Part shown: positions 38,924 through 47,308 of the stretch, one piece after another
Layout of the letters: every line of letters begins with the position of its first letter
Numbering within the stretch: position 1 is the stretch's first letter
From: an uncultured Gemmatimonadales bacterium
Lineage (GTDB): Bacteria > Gemmatimonadota > Gemmatimonadetes > Gemmatimonadales > Gemmatimonadaceae
DNA length: 64,000 nt
Assembly: GCA_963793305.1 (NCBI GenBank)
Contig: CAWBZV010000010.1
Span: 32,001 to 96,000 of the forward strand
Reading direction: 5' to 3'
Made by a program: the position numbers and the translations under genes
The notes under the pieces: generated by a model
Seen by the model: only the letters and a program-made list of their open reading frames with translations
Databases searched by the model: none
What the model was told of the DNA's origin: nothing

Positions 38924-40287
38924 AGGGTATTGTTGTTCCATGCGTTGCGGCCCGATCCATCGTAGCCACGCGCGGCCCCGTTGAACTGGTTGAATTGGAC
39001 CGCCTGCAGCGCCAGCCTCGTGTTCTCCCACGGGTTGAAGTCGAGTTCTTCGATCGTGCCCGCCGTTCGCGGCCGTCCCGAGCCGCTGCCCACCACCGCA
39101 CTCGGCGTGTAGAGCAGCGTATCGCGCGATCCATCGGTCGAGAAATATCCCAGACTGCCCCCATAGCGGGCGTTCGGCTGATACGAGCCGTTGATGCGAA
39201 CGGTGTTCAGGTGGTTGTGAAGGTTCGCGGCCACGGGCACGCTTTCGGCGACGAATGCATCGAGCCGTTGCCATTCGTGAATCCACGTCGAGCGCAGGAT
39301 GAACGCGCCGCCACCCTTCACCGGCCGCTCCAACTGCGCATCGAATCCGACATCGGTGTATGTGTTCGTCGGACCGCTGACTCCCGCCGGAATCTGCCGC
39401 GAGCTCAATCCGTACGTACCGACCATTCCGTAGAACGCAGTGCCGAACTGGTGCTGCAACGCCGCTCGCCAGTACGGCGTGATGCCGTTGATGGCTCCGG
39501 TCGCCGTGGAGTCCAATGGCGATGGCACCCCTTGCTGGGCCGATCGATAGCCGGTCGCCTCAACATAGACAAGGTTGTTCCAGAGGGCATAGGCGCCCAC
39601 GCCCAGCACCTGCTGCGCCAGGCCGCCATCGATCATCGTCGCGGCCACCGAACCCGGCGTCGCATTGGCGCCGGCAAACGGAAACCCCCAGGCCGGCGTC
39701 GTATTCCAGACATCCTGCACCGTCGGGTTATTGTGCGCCGTCACGCCGAACAGCAGATCCTTGCCCCCGAGCCGGAAGTGGTTCACGTAGCGGATGTCCG
39801 AGTTGTCGATCCCGAACGTGCCATCGACTTGGGCATAGGTCGCCTGAATGAATCCGCCGATGTGCGGTGTCAACGAACCCGCGAGGAATAGACTGAACTG
39901 TTGCGGGAATTCGGTGGCGTCGTTCTGCGTGCCCGGGAGCTTCTTGGCGAGACTCGTCACCGATGTCATCCACATGATCGACAGCGGGGGGAAGGGAATG
40001 AGATTGAGCCCGGCCCCGTTGCTCTTGTTCGGCTCGACGATCGCCTTCACGCCGAACAGCGAGTAGCCGTTCAGTTTGAACAACCGCCCGAACGGCGTGA
40101 GCTGGGGGAACTGATAGTGGCAGGCGCTGCACGCGAGCCCGGTCTGCCGCGAAAAGCTCGGGACGCCGCGCGCCTCCGTGACCGCCGTGTAGACGCCCGT
40201 CGGCATCACCGTGTGCCGCGACGAGGAGTACGGATGCGTCGCGTGGCCGACCACAAGGGTCGCGAGCAGTGCATGAATCGCAATCAC
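38896..40287 (-). CDS. cyc2: Cyc2-like fused monoheme cytochrome c-porin
   Basis: VPSFSRQTGLACSACHYQFPQLTPFGRLFKLNGY, FPQQFSLFLAG..TPHIG, NNPTVQDVWNTTPAW, beta-barrel ending WIAF. Confidence 0.85.
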   Translation of the reverse strand: MIAIHALLATLVVGHATHPYSSSRHTVMPTGVYTAVTEARGVPSFSRQTGLACSACHYQFPQLTPFGRLFKLNGYSLFGVKAIVEPNKSNGAGLNLIPFPPLSIMWMTSVTSLAKKLPGTQNDATEFPQQFSLFLAGSLTPHIGGFIQATYAQVDGTFGIDNSDIRYVNHFRLGGKDLLFGVTAHNNPTVQDVWNTTPAWGFPFAGANATPGSVAATMIDGGLAQQVLGVGAYALWNNLVYVEATGYRSAQQGVPSPLDSTATGAINGITPYWRAALQHQFGTAFYGMVGTYGLSSRQIPAGVSGPTNTYTDVGFDAQLERPVKGGGAFILRSTWIHEWQRLDAFVAESVPVAANLHNHLNTVRINGSYQPNARYGGSLGYFSTDGSRDTLLYTPSAVVGSGSGRPRTAGTIEELDFNPWENTRLALQAVQFNQFNGAARGYDGSGRNAWNNNTLYLLAWIAF

Positions 40288-40652
40288 GGCTTGGCCTTCC
40301 CATGACTCACGGCCCAGATGTAGGCCGCCACCTGCTGCACTTGGGCGTCGCTGATGCCGCCGGGATGCGACACCATCGCCGTTCCGTCGACGCCCTTCGA
40401 GATGACGCCCACGATCGCATTGAACGCCCCGCCCTTGGCGTCCTTCCACTCGTGCGCGGTGAGCTGAGGACCGATGGCGCCCTCGAGATTCGCGCCGTGA
40501 CAAACCAGACACGTCCCGGCGCCGTGAAAGATCGACCGCCCGGCATCGATCGCGGCTGGCGTTACCTGGGCCGGCACGTCACTGGTCTGCGCCGCGAGAG
40601 GACCGGCGACGAGAGCCAACGCGAACGGAACGCACAACGTGAGTGACCGCAT
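40284..40652 (-). CDS. periplasmic monoheme cytochrome c
   Basis: Signal peptide, CLVCH, GPQL, distal Met (TAM); GTGA overlap with cyc2. Confidence 0.92.
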   Translation of the reverse strand: MRSLTLCVPFALALVAGPLAAQTSDVPAQVTPAAIDAGRSIFHGAGTCLVCHGANLEGAIGPQLTAHEWKDAKGGAFNAIVGVISKGVDGTAMVSHPGGISDAQVQQVAAYIWAVSHGKAKP

Positions 40653-40726
40653 AAAATCCTCAGATCAGAGTCGTCGACAGAATACGATTGGGCGAGTGGA
40701 ACGTGGTCGGTCAATCCCTTCGCTGG

Positions 40727-40745
40727 CGTCAGGGATTCCCTTACG
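40727..40745. promoter_or_regulatory. 19-bp regulon palindrome, site 4
   Basis: CGTCAGGGATTCCCTTACG upstream of cytochrome c-cyc2. Confidence 0.65.
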
Positions 40746-41766
40746 CCGGCTTGACGATGAGGGCGGTCACCATGCCGAACATGCCCTGCTCCGACTCCGC
40801 GTGCGGCAGAATGTGGCAATGAAATGCCCACGTGCCGGGATTCGTGCAGTGCACGAGCACATCCCACCGCTCGCCGGGCGCGATGTTCAGCGTGTCGCAC
40901 TTCCACGGCGCGGGGTGCGTCCAGCCGTCTTTGGCGATCACGGTCATCGGCATCCCGTGAAGATGCATCGGATGGATCATCATCCCTTCGTTCATGTAGC
41001 GGATCCGGATTGTCTGACCCTGCTTTGCGACCAGCGGCTCCGTCGCGGGGAATCCCTTGCCGTTCAGCGTGAAGCCCCCGAGTCCATCGTTCAGGATCAT
41101 CACGTAGTCGAGATCGACCTTTGGCTCGCTCGACGCGTCCTTCGGCTCGACGATGAATGCGCCAAGGAGACCCTTCATGACCTGCGTGGTCGCGTTGTGG
41201 TGCGAGTGGTACATGTGCGACCCCGAGTGCGGGGCCGTAAACTCGTACGTGAACGACTGGCCCGGTTTGATCGGTGGCTGCGTGAGGAACGGCACGCCAT
41301 CCTGGTCGTTCGGCACCGAGAGGCCATGAAAGTGGATCGACGTTGACTGATCGAGCTCGTTCTTGAGATTGATCTTGACGCGATCGCCCTCGCGCACCCG
41401 GATCTGTGGGCCGGGGACCGTTCCGTTATACGCGAACGCCTCGACCTGCTGGCCCGGGGTAACCTCCCACTGGATCTTGGACGCCGTGATATCGAAGATC
41501 TTGACGCCGTTCTCGACGCGCGGCGCAAAGAGGACGTTGCCCTTCCCTTCGGTCTTCGCCGGAAAGGCTTTGACGCCCTTTTCGCACATCGCGTCCATCG
41601 CGTCGGCGGCTGCCGTCGGCGATGGAGGAGGTGGCGGCGGTGTCGTCGGAGTCGTCGCGGCGACGGCTTCCGCGGTTTTCGCGCGACACGCGGCGAGAAC
41701 GCCAACGGTCAGCGCCGCGGCTGCACCCTCGCGGAGAAACTGGCGGCGGTTCGTTGCATTGGACAT
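40741..41766 (-). CDS. Tat-exported two-domain multicopper oxidase (T1 Cu in domain 2)
   Basis: NRRQFL Tat motif, LAAC; HFHG, YHSH, HPMHLHG, HCHILPH. Confidence 0.9.
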   Translation of the reverse strand: MSNATNRRQFLREGAAAALTVGVLAACRAKTAEAVAATTPTTPPPPPPSPTAAADAMDAMCEKGVKAFPAKTEGKGNVLFAPRVENGVKIFDITASKIQWEVTPGQQVEAFAYNGTVPGPQIRVREGDRVKINLKNELDQSTSIHFHGLSVPNDQDGVPFLTQPPIKPGQSFTYEFTAPHSGSHMYHSHHNATTQVMKGLLGAFIVEPKDASSEPKVDLDYVMILNDGLGGFTLNGKGFPATEPLVAKQGQTIRIRYMNEGMMIHPMHLHGMPMTVIAKDGWTHPAPWKCDTLNIAPGERWDVLVHCTNPGTWAFHCHILPHAESEQGMFGMVTALIVKPA

Positions 41767-41875
41767 GAGAAATCACTCACGAATGAGAGAGGCATTGCAT
41801 TGCACTGCACGACTGATGTGCCCCCAGTATCGGTGGCCGAGAGGGCGCAGCCAGTCGGGACTGTTCCGTGAGTTT

Positions 41876-41894
41876 TGCCGGGGATTCCCTTACA
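41876..41894. promoter_or_regulatory. 19-bp regulon palindrome, site 5
   Basis: TGCCGGGGATTCCCTTACA upstream of the MCO. Confidence 0.65.
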
Positions 41895-41933
41895 TTGACG
41901 CGACATGCCGGCACGCGACAGATATACTGAGGC

Positions 41934-42329
41934 ATGACCGCCGTCCGCGTCACCTTGACTCTCGCGCGCCTGAGCGGCGTCGCCGTGCTCCTACTTGGCG
42001 TCCTGTTCTGGGCCGGGCAGGCGCTCGCGTTCGTCACGCTGCACATGGCGCTCGGCGTGATCCTGGTCCTCGCGCTCTGGACGCTCGCTGGCCTTGCGTT
42101 TCGCGCCGGCGTGGACCGCGCGACGGTGGCCATAGCCGTCGCGTGGGGATTCGTTCTGCCGATCCTGGGCGTCGTGCAGCTGACACTACCGCCGGGCGGT
42201 GGATACGGCTTCGTGCGCGTCCTGCATCTCGTGGTTGGCCTGGGGGCGATCGCTCAGTCGGAATCGCTGGCGGGGCGCATCCGGAGATCTGGCGCTGGCG
42301 CCAGTCGCGGCTCGGCGCCGAGCCAGTAG
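41934..42329 (+). CDS. 4-TM membrane protein with two intramembrane His
   Basis: LHMALG and VLHLVVG in TM helices. Confidence 0.7.
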   Translation: MTAVRVTLTLARLSGVAVLLLGVLFWAGQALAFVTLHMALGVILVLALWTLAGLAFRAGVDRATVAIAVAWGFVLPILGVVQLTLPPGGGYGFVRVLHLVVGLGAIAQSESLAGRIRRSGAGASRGSAPSQ

Positions 42330-42775
42330 AGGCCATTCGCCATGATGCAGAACCCCGTCACCGCGAACCACACCATCGCGAGTCCGACGAACCCGGTGAA
42401 CGCCAACCACCAGGCGCTGTACACCATCGACAGCACCGAGGCAATCGAGATATTGATGCCGACGGCGAGATAGATACGACGCTCGAGATACCAGCGGTCG
42501 GTTTGCATCAGGTACCATTTCGACCCCGGCGCGGTCATCCCCAGCATTGGCGTGAAGCCCAGTCGCTTGAGGATGTTGCCGACGACGCAGAAGCCGGTCA
42601 GCGCGACCGTCACCGAGGCCGCTCCGGTCGCGATGATCAAGAAGGCCCACGTCGGATTGACGAGCGCCGACAGCGTCGTCGCCGTGAGCAGAACGATGCC
42701 GGCGATCAACCAGACCGTCCGCTCGATGTACCACCGGTTGGTGGGAACAATGTAGACGCCGGAACGGAACCTCAT
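42254..42775 (-). CDS. tandem DUF2892 (YgaP-like) membrane protein
   Basis: Two repeats WY(I/L)ER...TGFC..N.L..LG; last gene of the hydrogenase operon (ATGA overlap). Confidence 0.82.
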   Translation of the reverse strand: MRFRSGVYIVPTNRWYIERTVWLIAGIVLLTATTLSALVNPTWAFLIIATGAASVTVALTGFCVVGNILKRLGFTPMLGMTAPGSKWYLMQTDRWYLERRIYLAVGINISIASVLSMVYSAWWLAFTGFVGLAMVWFAVTGFCIMANGLYWLGAEPRLAPAPDLRMRPASDSD

Positions 42776-43245
42776 GAAATGTCATGCCCCCATGCGATGA
42801 GTTGATGAACGACGGAGCGTATGAGACTCGGCAGACCGTCCTGTACGGCCGGGGAGAGACCAAGACCGACCGCCAGCCGGTCCGGCTGGAGCCCAAGCGC
42901 CCGCATCTCGGCCGGCCGGGTCCCTGTGAGATCGGCGAGCGCCAGCACATCACGCAGATCGATCTCGTGCGGCGACAACCGCATCGCGAAATGGCGCGGC
43001 AGATCATCACCGGCCAGTGTGATCGGATCACCGACGGGACGATTCGCGTCGATCGCGTCGACGAACAACACTCGCTTCGCCCCTTCGATCAGTGGCAACA
43101 ATCCAAGGCCGGCAGTGCCGCCGTCGACCAGTGACACGTCGGCCGGAAACGACCACTCCGCGCTCAACCGCGCGATCACCGCCGGTCCGAGCCCGTCATC
43201 ACCCATGAGCGGGTTCCCCAATCCCAGCACGAGCGTGTCACTCAT
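42772..43245 (-). CDS. hydrogenase maturation endopeptidase (HyaD/HybD family)
   Basis: LGLGNPLMGDDGLG, DGGT, VDAID, SPHE. Confidence 0.93.
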   Translation of the reverse strand: MSDTLVLGLGNPLMGDDGLGPAVIARLSAEWSFPADVSLVDGGTAGLGLLPLIEGAKRVLFVDAIDANRPVGDPITLAGDDLPRHFAMRLSPHEIDLRDVLALADLTGTRPAEMRALGLQPDRLAVGLGLSPAVQDGLPSLIRSVVHQLIAWGHDIS

Positions 43246-43990
43246 CGACATACTCTTCCGAGGTCGACACGAACCGGCCGCCGCTGACAATGGACGTGAT
43301 CGTGCCCGAGCGCTCCATGATGTCGGATCGCGTCGCCAGATAGATGTGGATCGGGATGAAGAGGATGAAGAACCAGGTGAGCACGTGATGGACAACCCGC
43401 ACCATCTGGATGCCACCCAAGAGCGGAATTACCCAGGCGAAGGTCCGGAAGATCAGGCTTCCCGGCGCCGCCTGTCCGTACAGCGTGAATCCCGTGACGA
43501 TCATGACCAAGCCGACGACGTACACCAATGTGTAGGAGAACTGCTGCATCGGATTGTGGCCGAGGTAGTGCGGCCCTCGCTCCGGATGAATCATCAGGTA
43601 GTACTTGGTCATCCGAAAGAGATTGACCCAATCGCGCCCGCGCACCGGGAACAACGCCGCCAACCGCTCGAACTGGTTGCCGGCGAATAACCAATAGGCG
43701 CGTACGATCGCCGTCGCCACCAGCACACCGGCGGCGATGAAGTGGGCGAGGCGCACACCGCCCATGAGAAAGTGCGCGCTGGCTGGCCCGCTCGTCATGA
43801 AATACGGCCGGCCGATGTAGAACCCGGTGACGATCAGCACCACGATGCTGGCCGCCGCGCTCCAGTGCATGGCGCGAATCGGCCAGTGCCAGAGATAGAC
43901 CCACCGGTACTCGCCAGTTGGCGGCGGTATCGGGTGGGCGAGCGAGAAGTGCGCCTTGGCTCGCGTGCTCTTCTCCACGGGCGGAGTCAT
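43238..43990 (-). CDS. [NiFe]-hydrogenase cytochrome b subunit (HyaC type)
   Basis: WHWPIRAMHW, TGFYIG, RLAHF, GHNPMQQ, HH...HIY. Confidence 0.93.
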   Translation of the reverse strand: MTPPVEKSTRAKAHFSLAHPIPPPTGEYRWVYLWHWPIRAMHWSAAASIVVLIVTGFYIGRPYFMTSGPASAHFLMGGVRLAHFIAAGVLVATAIVRAYWLFAGNQFERLAALFPVRGRDWVNLFRMTKYYLMIHPERGPHYLGHNPMQQFSYTLVYVVGLVMIVTGFTLYGQAAPGSLIFRTFAWVIPLLGGIQMVRVVHHVLTWFFILFIPIHIYLATRSDIMERSGTITSIVSGGRFVSTSEEYVDE

Positions 43991-45702
43991 TGGACCGTTA
44001 CCCGCGTGATCAGCTCGCCCGTCGCGTCGAGCACATGGACCCCGCATGCCATGCACGGATCGAACGAGTGGATCGTGCGCAGGATCTCGAGCGGCTGATC
44101 GGGTTTCTGTAACGGATGATGATCGACGAGCGCCGCCTCGTACGGCCCCAACTGCCCTTGCGCATCCCGTGGGGAGCAATTCCAGGTGCTCGGCACCACG
44201 CACTGGTATCGCGAGATCTTGCCATCCTCGATCCGCACCCAGTGCCCGAGCGCGCCGCGCGGCGCGTCGAGATACCCGTACCCCTGTGACGTCTTGCTCC
44301 ACGTCGACGGCTCCCACTTCGCGCCGGCGAACGTCTGGTGATCGCCATTGGCGATCCGGCTCACGAGCGCCGCATACCAGACGCGCAACCGCCGGGCCAG
44401 GAGCAGCGTCTCCATCCCTCGCGCCGCGGTCCGGCCGAGCGTCGAGAACAGTGCCGGTGCACCGACTCCGAGTTTGCCAAGCGTCTCGTCGACCAGCGGC
44501 TTGACGTCGGCGTGGTTCGACGCGTAGGCCACGAGCATGCGGGCCAACGGCCCGACCTCCATCGCCTTGCCGTTGTACCGCGGCGCCTTCATCCACGTGT
44601 ACTTCTGCTCGTCCTGCAAGTAGCGCCAGGGCGGCTTCGGCCCCGTATAGTGCGGCGTCGTCTCGCCATCGTAGGGATGGAGCCCTTTCTCATTCCCGCC
44701 CGAGTAATCGTACCACGCGCTATGGATGTACTCGGCGATCCCGTGATGATCGTACGGCTCGACCTTGCTCAGGTCAGCGCCCATGATGATGCCGCGCGGG
44801 AAATAGAGCGTGTTGAGATCGCGCACGTCGCCATCGGGAAACTCACCCACGGCCATATAGTTGCGCGTCCCGCCGCCGATCGAGGCCCACTCTTTATAGA
44901 AGCCGGCAATCGCCACCAGATCGGGCCAGTAGACCTGCTCGACGAACCGCTGCGCGCGGTCGATCATGTCGCTGATCTCGATGAGCCGGGCCGCGTTGAT
45001 CATCCCCGCGCCATCCGGGTTGATCGCGGAGGCCATGCCGCCGACGAGAAAGTTCGGATGCGGGTTCTTGCCACCAAAGATCGTGTGCAAGCGAACGACG
45101 TCGCGCTGCCAATCGAGGGCCTCCAAATAGTGCGCGAGCGCGAGGAGGTTGACCTCCGGCGGGAGCTTGTACGCCGGGTGTCCCCAGTACCCATTGCTGA
45201 AGATCCCGAGCTGGCCGCCGGAGACGAACTTCTTGATCCGCGCCTGCACCTCGCCGAAATACGTCGGCGAATTATTGGGCCACGGGGAGATCGACGCCGC
45301 GATCTTCGCCGTTCCGGCCGGATTGGCCGATAGCGCGCTCACGACATCGACCCAATCCAACGCGTGCAAGTGATAGAAATGCATCACGTGATCGTGCACG
45401 AACTGCATGCCGACGACGAGATTCCGAATCAGGTTCGCGGCCGGCGGGATGCGGATGTCGAGCGCCTCCTCCACGGCGCGGCACGACGCGACCGCGTGCA
45501 CCACGGTGCAGACCCCGCAGATGCGCTGCGCGAACGCCCACGCGTCCCGCGGATCGCGCCCCTGGATCACGGTCTCGATGCCGCGAAACTGCGTCGACGA
45601 GGCCCATGCGTTGCTGATGCGCCCGTCCTCCGTCTGCACTTCGATGCGGAGGTGACCTTCGATCCGCGTCAGCGGGTCGACAACGACTTTAGTGACTGGC
45701 AT
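43987..45702 (-). CDS. group 1 [NiFe]-hydrogenase large subunit
   Basis: RIEGH, L1 QRICGVCTVVH, L2 HSFDPCMACGVH plus a cleavable tail. Confidence 0.97.
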   Translation of the reverse strand: MPVTKVVVDPLTRIEGHLRIEVQTEDGRISNAWASSTQFRGIETVIQGRDPRDAWAFAQRICGVCTVVHAVASCRAVEEALDIRIPPAANLIRNLVVGMQFVHDHVMHFYHLHALDWVDVVSALSANPAGTAKIAASISPWPNNSPTYFGEVQARIKKFVSGGQLGIFSNGYWGHPAYKLPPEVNLLALAHYLEALDWQRDVVRLHTIFGGKNPHPNFLVGGMASAINPDGAGMINAARLIEISDMIDRAQRFVEQVYWPDLVAIAGFYKEWASIGGGTRNYMAVGEFPDGDVRDLNTLYFPRGIIMGADLSKVEPYDHHGIAEYIHSAWYDYSGGNEKGLHPYDGETTPHYTGPKPPWRYLQDEQKYTWMKAPRYNGKAMEVGPLARMLVAYASNHADVKPLVDETLGKLGVGAPALFSTLGRTAARGMETLLLARRLRVWYAALVSRIANGDHQTFAGAKWEPSTWSKTSQGYGYLDAPRGALGHWVRIEDGKISRYQCVVPSTWNCSPRDAQGQLGPYEAALVDHHPLQKPDQPLEILRTIHSFDPCMACGVHVLDATGELITRVTVQ

Positions 45703-46819
45703 CGGGTTTTGTCTCCTCCGTCGCGCGCCGGCGCGTCTGAATCTGGTGAATGCCAGTCGCGGCGGCGTGCGCCGCGATGCCCGCGACCACGCCGATCGCG
45801 GCGGCGGCGCCGAACAGATCGGCCGTGCGCTCGACGCCGAACCCGGCGACGTTCGGCAAGCGGCCGTAGAACGGCGTCATCGTGTCCCAGAAATGCGGTT
45901 CGGTGCAACCGAGACAGGGATAGCCAGCGCCGATCGGCCAGCTGGTCCGCTCATTCCAGAGAAACGTCGGACACGGCGAGAACGTCGCCGGGCCCTTGCA
46001 GCCCACCTTGTACAAGCACCACCCCGCCTTCGCCGCGTCGTCATCAAATTGCTCCACAAACTGGCCCGCGTCGTAGTGCGCGCGACGTGGGCACGCGTCG
46101 TGGATCAACTCCCGGTACGCGAACAGTGGACGCCCCTCGCTGTCAGTATCCGGCAGCTTCCCAAATGTCAGGTAGTGCACGAGCGTCGCCGTCACGACAT
46201 CGCTGATCGGCGGGCAGCCGGCGATGTTCACGACCTGCCGATCCTTCAGGATATCACGAACGCCGACGGCGCCAGTCGGATTCGGGCGCGCGGCCTGTAC
46301 ACTGCCCCAGTGGGCGCACGCGCCAACAGCCACGATCGCCGCTGCGCCGGCCGCTGCCTCGACGAGGATATCCTGCACCGTGCGTCCCGCGATCGTCGTG
46401 TAGATCCCACCGTCTTTCGTCGGAATGGATCCGGTCACCAGCAGCACGTACTGACCGTGATTCGCTTGCATCGCGCTGTGCAACGCGCTCTCGGCCGCCT
46501 CGCCGGCGGCCGCCATCAGGTTCTCCTGAAAGTCGAGCGAGATGAGCCCGAGTATGAGGTCGCCGATCGTCGGGTCGGACGACCGCAGAACAGACTCGGT
46601 GCAGCCGGTGCATTCCTGCAACGACAGCCAGACGACGCTCGGCCGGCGCTGTGCTTCGAGCGCGGCGGCGACGCGCGGCAAGACCGTGGCGCCGAGCCCG
46701 AGCATCGCGGCCATCTGGCCGCAAAACTCGACAAACTCGCGGCGCGTGTAGCCCCGGCGCTCGAGATGGCCGCTGAGCGTCTCGCCCTCGACCCATGGTT
46801 CACGCGACGGATAGAGCAC
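45689..46819 (-). CDS. group 1 [NiFe]-hydrogenase small subunit (Tat, C-terminal TM)
   Basis: TRREF Tat motif; QECTGCTES, GACAHWG, GCPP, HDAC, CLYKVGCKGP, PCLGC; TM tail. Confidence 0.96.
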   Translation of the reverse strand: MLYPSREPWVEGETLSGHLERRGYTRREFVEFCGQMAAMLGLGATVLPRVAAALEAQRRPSVVWLSLQECTGCTESVLRSSDPTIGDLILGLISLDFQENLMAAAGEAAESALHSAMQANHGQYVLLVTGSIPTKDGGIYTTIAGRTVQDILVEAAAGAAAIVAVGACAHWGSVQAARPNPTGAVGVRDILKDRQVVNIAGCPPISDVVTATLVHYLTFGKLPDTDSEGRPLFAYRELIHDACPRRAHYDAGQFVEQFDDDAAKAGWCLYKVGCKGPATFSPCPTFLWNERTSWPIGAGYPCLGCTEPHFWDTMTPFYGRLPNVAGFGVERTADLFGAAAAIGVVAGIAAHAAATGIHQIQTRRRATEETKPDASH

Positions 46820-46877
46820 GGTCTACCTCCGGAGGCAGGGGCTTGACGCCCGCTCGCGCGGCGTCATAGCGTGGGGG

Positions 46878-47306
46878 ATGACGAGAGACGTGAGAATTCG
46901 CTCGCTTGGTGAGACGGTCGCGATCGCCGCGGTCATCGTGCTGCTCATGACCCTGGTATTCATCGAGCTCCGACGGCCGAGCCCAGCCGAGACGGCGCCC
47001 GCCGCCACCACCGCCGCTCCGGCGCAACGCGCGACCCCGGCGCTGCCGCCAACGACGCGCGCCGCGCTGGACGCCGGCAACACCGAGTTCCGCGCCAAGC
47101 AGTACGCCGCGGCACTCGGCCACTATCGTCTGGCCGCCCTCAGCTCGCCCGGCGAGGCAGCCCCCTTCTACGGGATCTACATGGCCGCACAGGCGCTCAA
47201 CAACAGACCGCTCGCGGACAGCGCGGTGGCCGAGATCCGCGGCCGCACGGGTGGCACGGGGCCGTTCAACGATACCTCGCTCAGGGCGCTGCACGGCACG
47301 CGCTAG
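46878..47306 (+). CDS. membrane-anchored TPR-like protein
   Basis: N-terminal TM; GNTEFRAKQYAAALGHYRLA...PFYGIYMA. Confidence 0.65.
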   Translation: MTRDVRIRSLGETVAIAAVIVLLMTLVFIELRRPSPAETAPAATTAAPAQRATPALPPTTRAALDAGNTEFRAKQYAAALGHYRLAALSSPGEAAPFYGIYMAAQALNNRPLADSAVAEIRGRTGGTGPFNDTSLRALHGTR

Positions 47307-47308
47307 CA

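Noticed and set aside
40741..41766. Copper nitrite reductase NirK
   Set aside because: Domain 1 has YHSH with no type-1 Cys, while domain 2 has HCH and the trinuclear His set, fitting a two-domain laccase-type MCO
45689..46819. O2-tolerant group 1d hydrogenase
   Set aside because: Both supernumerary proximal-cluster cysteines are absent
46862..46882. CGTCAT-N9-ATGACG palindrome upstream of the hydrogenase as a regulon site
   Set aside because: 21-bp length and arms differ from the 19-bp consensus, and it overlaps the next start codon
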